A stretch of 56,081 bases of DNA, counting the filler, from Platydemus manokwari (taxonomy: Eukaryota), in the NCBI GenBank assembly GCA_037951405.1. It is 5 parts of 5 records of this genome, joined end to end, with 100 filler letters (N's around TTAATTAATTAA, not from the genome) between each part and the next. Parts side by side here need not be neighbours in the genome. Positions count along the whole stretch, not along the records: positions 46,366 to 56,081 come from JBBMOY011213989.1; 4 more parts are not named here. One strand, 5' to 3'. This document shows, piece after piece, positions 49,415-56,081 of the stretch. The notes under the pieces were generated by a model. It ran no database searches. It was not told the origin of the DNA and was given only the letters and a program-made list of their open reading frames with translations. The position numbers and the translations under genes are program-made. Numbering within the stretch: the stretch's first letter is position 1; the number at the start of each line of letters is the position of its first letter.

Positions 49415-52400
49415 CGTTAATTGCTATTATTTTATAAAATATGTATTGAAAAACCAGCTAAGGTAATCAATTCATAAAATTATATCTTAACAAAACATTT
49501 AAACAAATAATTTAAAATTATTTTTATCCATTAATTTTTATTTAAAACGATTAAAAATTATTTTTTAAAACTTTAGAATTCTCAAAATGGCCATAAAAAT
49601 AATTGAAAAAAATAACAATGGAATTGATAAATTTATAACGGTTATGATGTTGATTATCATTTTAATGGTTATTTTGATTATAATAATTATTAATATAAAT
49701 ATGATTATTATTAGCTGCTGTTAATAAAGTTTCATTAAGTTATTTTAACAAACTAAAAAATTTAATAATGGATTATAAATAGATATCAGTCTAGATATAT
49801 TTCTATGTTTATATTCATTATTAAAAATTACTTTTATGGTTATTGTTATTTTTATTATTATTGTCATTAGAATTATTATAATTGTTATAATTAATCATAA
49901 TATCAAAGTAATACTCGCTCTAATAATCAACAGAAATAATAAGCATTTTAAAGTTACTTACAATTAGTAAGTAGATGCAAAAAATGTTTATTTAATGTCT
50001 AATTACAAAGATTACTACATAAGTAATTAGTGGCACTTAATTCATTATTGTCAAAATAATATGAAATTTTTAGATATTTCGTTGTATAGCTTTATAAGAT
50101 TAATTATGAATTTCGAGTTTTCTATTCTCTTTTATAATCTCAGATTATATTTTACAGATTATATTCGAATCGATAATAACCGTTTAGAAATCTTACAATT
50201 TCAGCAATAATTAAGTCAAAATTAAATGGAATCGATAAAAAATAATATTTACAACGCAATATAATTTTATCTGTTCGTATAATTGGCGAGGAACACCTTT
50301 TATCTGCCTTTAGATATTATCTAGTTTATGATTTAATAATATTAACAATAATACAAATAATAATTATTATTATATAATATAATTTGAATATATTTTTGAC
50401 CAAGTATCGACTAGTGCGAAATATGAAATTTGGATTGATTAATATTGTAACGAACAATTTCCTATGTGTAACCCCATGAAGTAGACCACAGGATTAATGT
50501 TAATTAAAATTATTTGCGACTCAAGTGGCCAGATGAAGTTCGCATAATCAATTATTGCGGTATCGAATCAATAGCAAACAACATTAATAAACACCGTGTT
50601 CAAAATTGAAGTAGAGAAAGAATCAAATAAAAATCAATAGAAAAGTATTTGTTTAAATGAAGCTTTTTTTGACTCGATAAAACAATCCGAATAATATTAT
50701 TAATAATTTTTCACTTGGACGCTTTCCAGTTAAGAATGCCTCTTTATTAATTTCACTGACAACAAGAACAGGTCAATTTCAAGCTTTACAACTTTTTCAA
50801 TTTTATACGTCTATAAATATTGGGAGAAAGTAAATTTATACTTATTCTTCTAACTTGTCTCCACGGTTTCGTTTTCTCTAGAGCATCTTCCTCACTTGAT
50901 TTGTTCAACGTTTAATAGCTTCTAATTATCACTGACAATCCTTGCCAAGTTAATCAGGAGTTTTCCGTATGTTCAAAATATTCCGACATGAATTCATTCG
51001 TTATCATTATTCTTTACTTTAATTAATGATTAGTTTACGAGACATATCAATTTGATAATTCTTTTAATAAAGTTATTATTGCTTGTATTTACTGAGTTTT
51101 CTATAGCTTTGGTAAATTTCTGATAATTTTTTGTTCCAAACGATTCTGAATCTTTTTTATAGGAATGCAGCATTTTCCTTTCTATTCGATTGATGAAATT
51201 CCAACAACAATTAGTAATTCTGATATGGTAATTAGTAATTCTGACATAAGTTTGACGGTTGGTCATCTTTGACTTTTCAAATAAAATTTCGTTTATTTAA
51301 TATTCGTGACATTTTATTTTTATCGATTTATTAAAATCAATCTTACATACGTTAAAGAATTTGCTATCGGTAAACAAATTTGGATTTTCATAGCTTAAGA
51401 TTTATAAATAAACAGTCTCAAAACATTAATTAATTAATTATAGGAAAAAATTTAAGAAGACCGTCGATAATAAATAATATTATTACTGGTATGATAAATG
51501 AATGAAATAATTAGAGCAAAATATTACCGATAAAAAATGTTAATGGCCCGCAATGGTGAATTCTGTAATATATTTTGGGCTTAAGTTAAGAAAAAGGGTT
51601 ATTTTGACCCAATTTTAAAGTAATGACTTTTTGTGCGTTATTTGATATTAAAATTTATTTTTTTATCATATTTTAATGAGATTTTTAATTAAAATTCAAT
51701 TTTAGATTTATAACCAAAATCCAACTCTAACTACCAAAAACCATGTATTCGATGCCCGCTACTATTTTTGGTACTTTCAAAACATTCTCGATAATTTCTA
51801 TGACTACACTTAGGGTTGGAAATATATTTCTGTGGCAAGATTTTTCTTCAATGGCGAGGAATCTACAGATTTTTTTGTATCTCAATTAATAATTTTTGAA
51901 TTGTTGGTATTTATTTTAATAAAAATTGTCAATATTTGTTGCTTATTAGTTTACTATTGGATATCATTTTGTAAATATTATTTTTTTGTGTGACCCCCGT
52001 GCACCAAAAGTACTTTATTAAGAATGTCGAAAAGAGGCAAGGCTGAATTGTTGAACCGAGTCACTAATTAATTTTTAGGAGATTTTAAAAATCGTGTACA
52101 TGTATTATTTGATTCTAAATGACTAAAATTTTACTCAAGTACTACAATAAAAAATTCAAAAAGTTATTAAAGAACTTAATTAAATAATCTATATAGATTT
52201 TTGCAATACACTCCACAATTTTAAAATTTTATTTTAGGACCCTTTCTTTAACTGTAGCCAAATTTTTTTTAAATTTCAAATCAATGTAAGTCCTCGCATT
52301 TACTGTAAATCGCTACTATCTTATAAACCTCCTATTTAAAAGGAATTGAAAAAAATTTATTTTAAATTCAATTATTTAAACAAATTAGTATTTTATTTTA

Positions 52401-52931
52401 AAAAATCTGAGTTTAAAATCTTTCAAATAAAATCCATTTAAAAATATTGATATGTACAGTAACATCAACCCAAAACAAAAAGTAAATATTTTACATACAA
52501 TAGCTATGTTTTAATATAACAGTATTTGCTGCGTTTAATCATTATCTATATCTGTATTTACACTGTCCATATTAAACGAAAATGCATCATCGGCAATAAC
52601 AACTTATTTATTAATCCATTGTACGAGTCTAATTTTTATCAGCCGACATTTCTATGTGATCAATTTTGTAAACTATCATGTAGAACATTTCATTATTGTT
52701 TCTGTAGAGAAAACTACATTGGACTTATCAATAATTTGGAAAATATTTTTCGACTAAATATTTTACTAGAAAAAATATTATGAATTTGAAAATTCGAATA
52801 TTGTGAGCATTCATGATTGAATTAAATTTTCAAAGATTTAATTTTATATAAAATTTGATTTAATACATTTGTTTAAATAATTGTGTTTAAATTTATTTAA
52901 ATTTTTAAATTGTATTTAAATACATAATTTG

Positions 52932-52988
52932 ATGTCGTGACTTTTCAGTTCGTTTTTAACATTGTGGTTTTTAAAATAGTAGCGGCTT
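52932..52988. repeat. Short bipartite dispersed element, copy 2
   Basis: Both blocks are identical to those at 11334-11385. Confidence 0.75.
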
Positions 52989-55825
52989 TCAACTATTATT
53001 ATTGTTGTAATTATGGAAATTATTATAATTAATATTTTTATAAGATCTTATGATAGCTATTATTACTATCATTATCATTATAATTATTACTACTAATAAT
53101 ATTATCATCTAAGCTTCCCAAACCAAGATATTATATGTAATAGAAGCATAGAAAAGATTAATTAAAATTCGCCCAAAAGAATATCGGATGCTACAACCAC
53201 ACCTACATATGATTAATCAACTACTTACTCTCAACCTAATGTTACAAATATCTTGATTAACTTCAATGAATATGGCTCAAGAGTTTCATCATTTTCAAGA
53301 ATTCCTTTGCATTATTTTTAAATTATCAAAAAAAATAATAAAAAAAACATAAATATCATATTCAATCTAAAAATCAACCACTTTAACATCAACAAGTTTT
53401 TTGAAAATAACTATATTTAGGTGTAATAGTGGTATTAATGAGATTTACATAATTGAAATATGTTGTTCTAATTCTCAGATATTTGACAAATCGTTCTCAT
53501 CCATATTTATATCGTTGATAGAATTTAGAAAATCTCAATTTTAATTAAAATTCTTTGACATTTAGTTTCGTTTGAATTTTTTAATTTCAAGAGATTTGTT
53601 AATTATATTATAAATGTAAATAAACATAATTTATATTGCAATTTATGAATAATTCTAATGACCAAGGGCAAATGAGCAAAAATCACAACGAGAATAAGTG
53701 TTCATTACAATGATGTGTTAGATGAATATATTAAAACTCTTACTTATGAGAAAAAAAAACTGCTAAACGAGTGTAACAATGAATAATCTATAGGAAATAC
53801 AAACAGCCAATCATAAACAAGCACGTGATTGTGGGTTAATCTAATATATCGCATTGCTTGTATTTAGTTTAGAATTCATTTTATCAATTTTTAACTTAAT
53901 TTTAATTATTAATTTCCACAATCTCGTTCAATAACATTTATTTTAATTGGATCAAATGAGATGACAATGATCGATATCGAATGTCTTTCAATTTCAACAT
54001 TATTCATGGATTAAAATCTTCATTGTGAAAAACGAAATTCTTTTTTCTTTCATTTCTAGTAAGTAAATTAAAAATATTTATTTTCTACAAATTGTTAAGC
54101 CATATGAACGAATAATATCCAAGTGTCATTAATGGAAACGAAGATTACGAAATCTAAAACCGATCAACGAAAAACATAGAATTACACAATAGTAATAATA
54201 ATAATATGTACTTTAAGAATAATCTCGCATTGCAATGAGTTTGTAAATGATAAAAACAATGATTGATTTCATTATTCGAAATCGTACGTTTGGTTATTAA
54301 TAAAATTTCATAAATATATCGATATGTCATCAAATTGTAATTCTATACCAAAGCATATGATCTCTTTGATTGAGTTAATTAATATTCTCTTTGATTAGTC
54401 ATTTTTCTAACATAAGTCAAGAATATTCGAAGGAGAAAAATAATCTCAATTCATGGCTTTTTTTTTCAATCTAACAAGATTGTCGTGTTGTGATAAAAAA
54501 TTAATTAATTAAATTAATTAATTAATTACAAATTGTTTTTCAGCAGCGAAAAGAAATTACCATCACTCCAGATTGTCTAATTTAATAAAACAAACGTGCC
54601 GTATTAATAATGAAAATCTGAAAATCAATAATCGTCTTGCGAGGATTTGCAGAATTAATAAGAACGAATATTAGAAGAAATTTATTGTTTTTTTTATCGG
54701 ATAATTTATGACATTTTAAAAAAAATATCTTTTTTATTGATTTTATAACTTCAATATTAATTTACAAATTGGATTTTGTTCGTAATGATAAATAAGTGAT
54801 TTCTGTGAAAAATTGCTATGGTTATCATTGAAAAGATCATAGAAATAAATCCATTGAAACAAGCTAACTGTAAATTGAATGAAACACAACGAAACTGTTC
54901 CATAAATGCAATGGCTCCTTGATCAATACGAAAAGACATCATCATTTCCGTATAATAATTACTCGTCATTAGAAAAAGTAAATAAAAAACTCATATTGAT
55001 AAAATCGTCAAAGGAACGGCATCACTCACAAATAATAATTGTTTACTCGACTGCAACAATGTTTTATGATAGTTTTTCTACTCCAGTCTAAACATTAGTA
55101 TGATAAGCATTCTATAGTGAATTGAAAACAGAAACAGTCTCCATGTCCACGTGAATGATATTCTGTTTTCAAGTTGCAGTGGTTCGTATAAATTCTAAAA
55201 CCATATTTATTGTTTCGTGTTTCTAAATTGTCAAATCAAATTGAAAAGATATTAAATCGCAAATATTTATTCCAGAAATTCAGACAAAATCCCCCCTCCC
55301 ACCCTAAAATCACAATAATACAAAATATCTTCCCGTGACAAAATATAATTGTTAGTATTAAAATCAAGTGATCGACGAAAAAACCAATATTTTATCATAA
55401 AAGCAATACAAAATCATATTTCATTGAATTATTTCATCACTCGATGATTTTCAAATTTGCGTATATAAAATTACACCGTTTGTCAAAAATGTTTGTGATT
55501 TCATGACATCAAGTCTATGAATGCTACCTTATAAATTGTTGTCCATTGTTTTAGAGAATTGTTTGAATTTATTGAAAAATAAAAATATTCATTGACTTTC
55601 TGTGCTTTATTATCAAGTGGTCTATTTTAGAATAATATTTAAATATATTCAAATCAAATCGATTTGATTTCTGTTTTGAACTGTGACAGTTCATTAAATT
55701 AATCAAAGCATAAAATAATATAATTACATAGTTGTTTAAATTTTAATTATTCAAAATTTAATATTTCCAAAACAATAAAATTACCAAGTAATTCTTCTGA
55801 GAAAGTCTGTCATGATTACAGTTAC

Positions 55826-55963
55826 CTGTTTGGATTTCACAATGTCGACCATAATATCCTGGAGCACACTGGCACAAATAATGTTTGATGTGATCCCCAT
55901 AATAATTGTGACAAACACCATTGTTTTTGCATAAACCCACATGATTGATGCAATGTTTGAGAT
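55826..55963 (-). CDS. EGF-repeat exon, Delta/Serrate/Jagged-like: DLKHCINHVGLCKNNGVCHN...YLCQCAPGYYGRHCEIQT
   Basis: Six-Cys EGF pattern in a symmetrical phase 1-1 exon (138 nt, AG at 55964-55965, ACAG|GTAACT donor). The DLxxC start resembles the DLNYC EGF repeat of Notch ligands. Confidence 0.8.
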
Positions 55964-56005
55964 CTAAATTATGAATTACACGTATAAGGTTGATTAAAAC
56001 ATGTC

Positions 56006-56007
<2 letters not shown>

Positions 56008-56081
<74 letters not shown>
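56008..56081. repeat. (TTA)n microsatellite running to the window end
   Basis: Seen directly. Confidence 0.97.

Noticed and set aside
50700-51270. Possible gag remnant on the minus strand
   Set aside because: Only vague similarity; no zinc knuckle or linked pol recognised.
54501-54528. TTAATTAATTAA run resembling the spacer
   Set aside because: No flanking N blocks; a natural AT-rich microsatellite.

Overview
This is AT-rich eukaryotic genomic DNA, very probably from a freshwater planarian (Dugesiidae): the DEAD-box exons are nearly identical to my recollection of Dugesia japonica VLGB, and several introns are only 45-58 nt long. The window consists of five assembly pieces joined by identical artificial 100-bp spacers (44 N + TTAATTAATTAA + 44 N) at 11525, 25205, 35175 and 46266. 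Host genes that the sequence supports are a CaMK-group kinase (-), the 5' half of a DDX3/PL10-type vasa-like helicase (+), six exons of an L-type Ca2+ channel alpha1 subunit covering IIIS5 to IVS3 (-), an intronless FCP1-like HAD phosphatase (+), a two-exon MTRFR/C12orf65 GGQ rescue factor (+), a TRAF-like pseudogene (+) and one Delta/Jagged-like EGF exon (-). The rest is dense transposon debris: a 5'-truncated NeSL/Utopia/R5-type REL retrotransposon followed by a GGACTT repeat array, Gypsy RT, integrase and PBS remnants, a solo LTR with a TSD, CR1- and R4-like fragments, MITE and foldback inverted repeats, and mini/microsatellites. I cannot show a clearly new biological system. The best leads are the possible repeat target of the REL element, a TATA-driven 40-aa micro-gene, a dispersed small-ORF repeat, a divergent intronless RING/FCP1 pair, an intronic foldback in the helicase gene, and DHP-site substitutions in Cav1.
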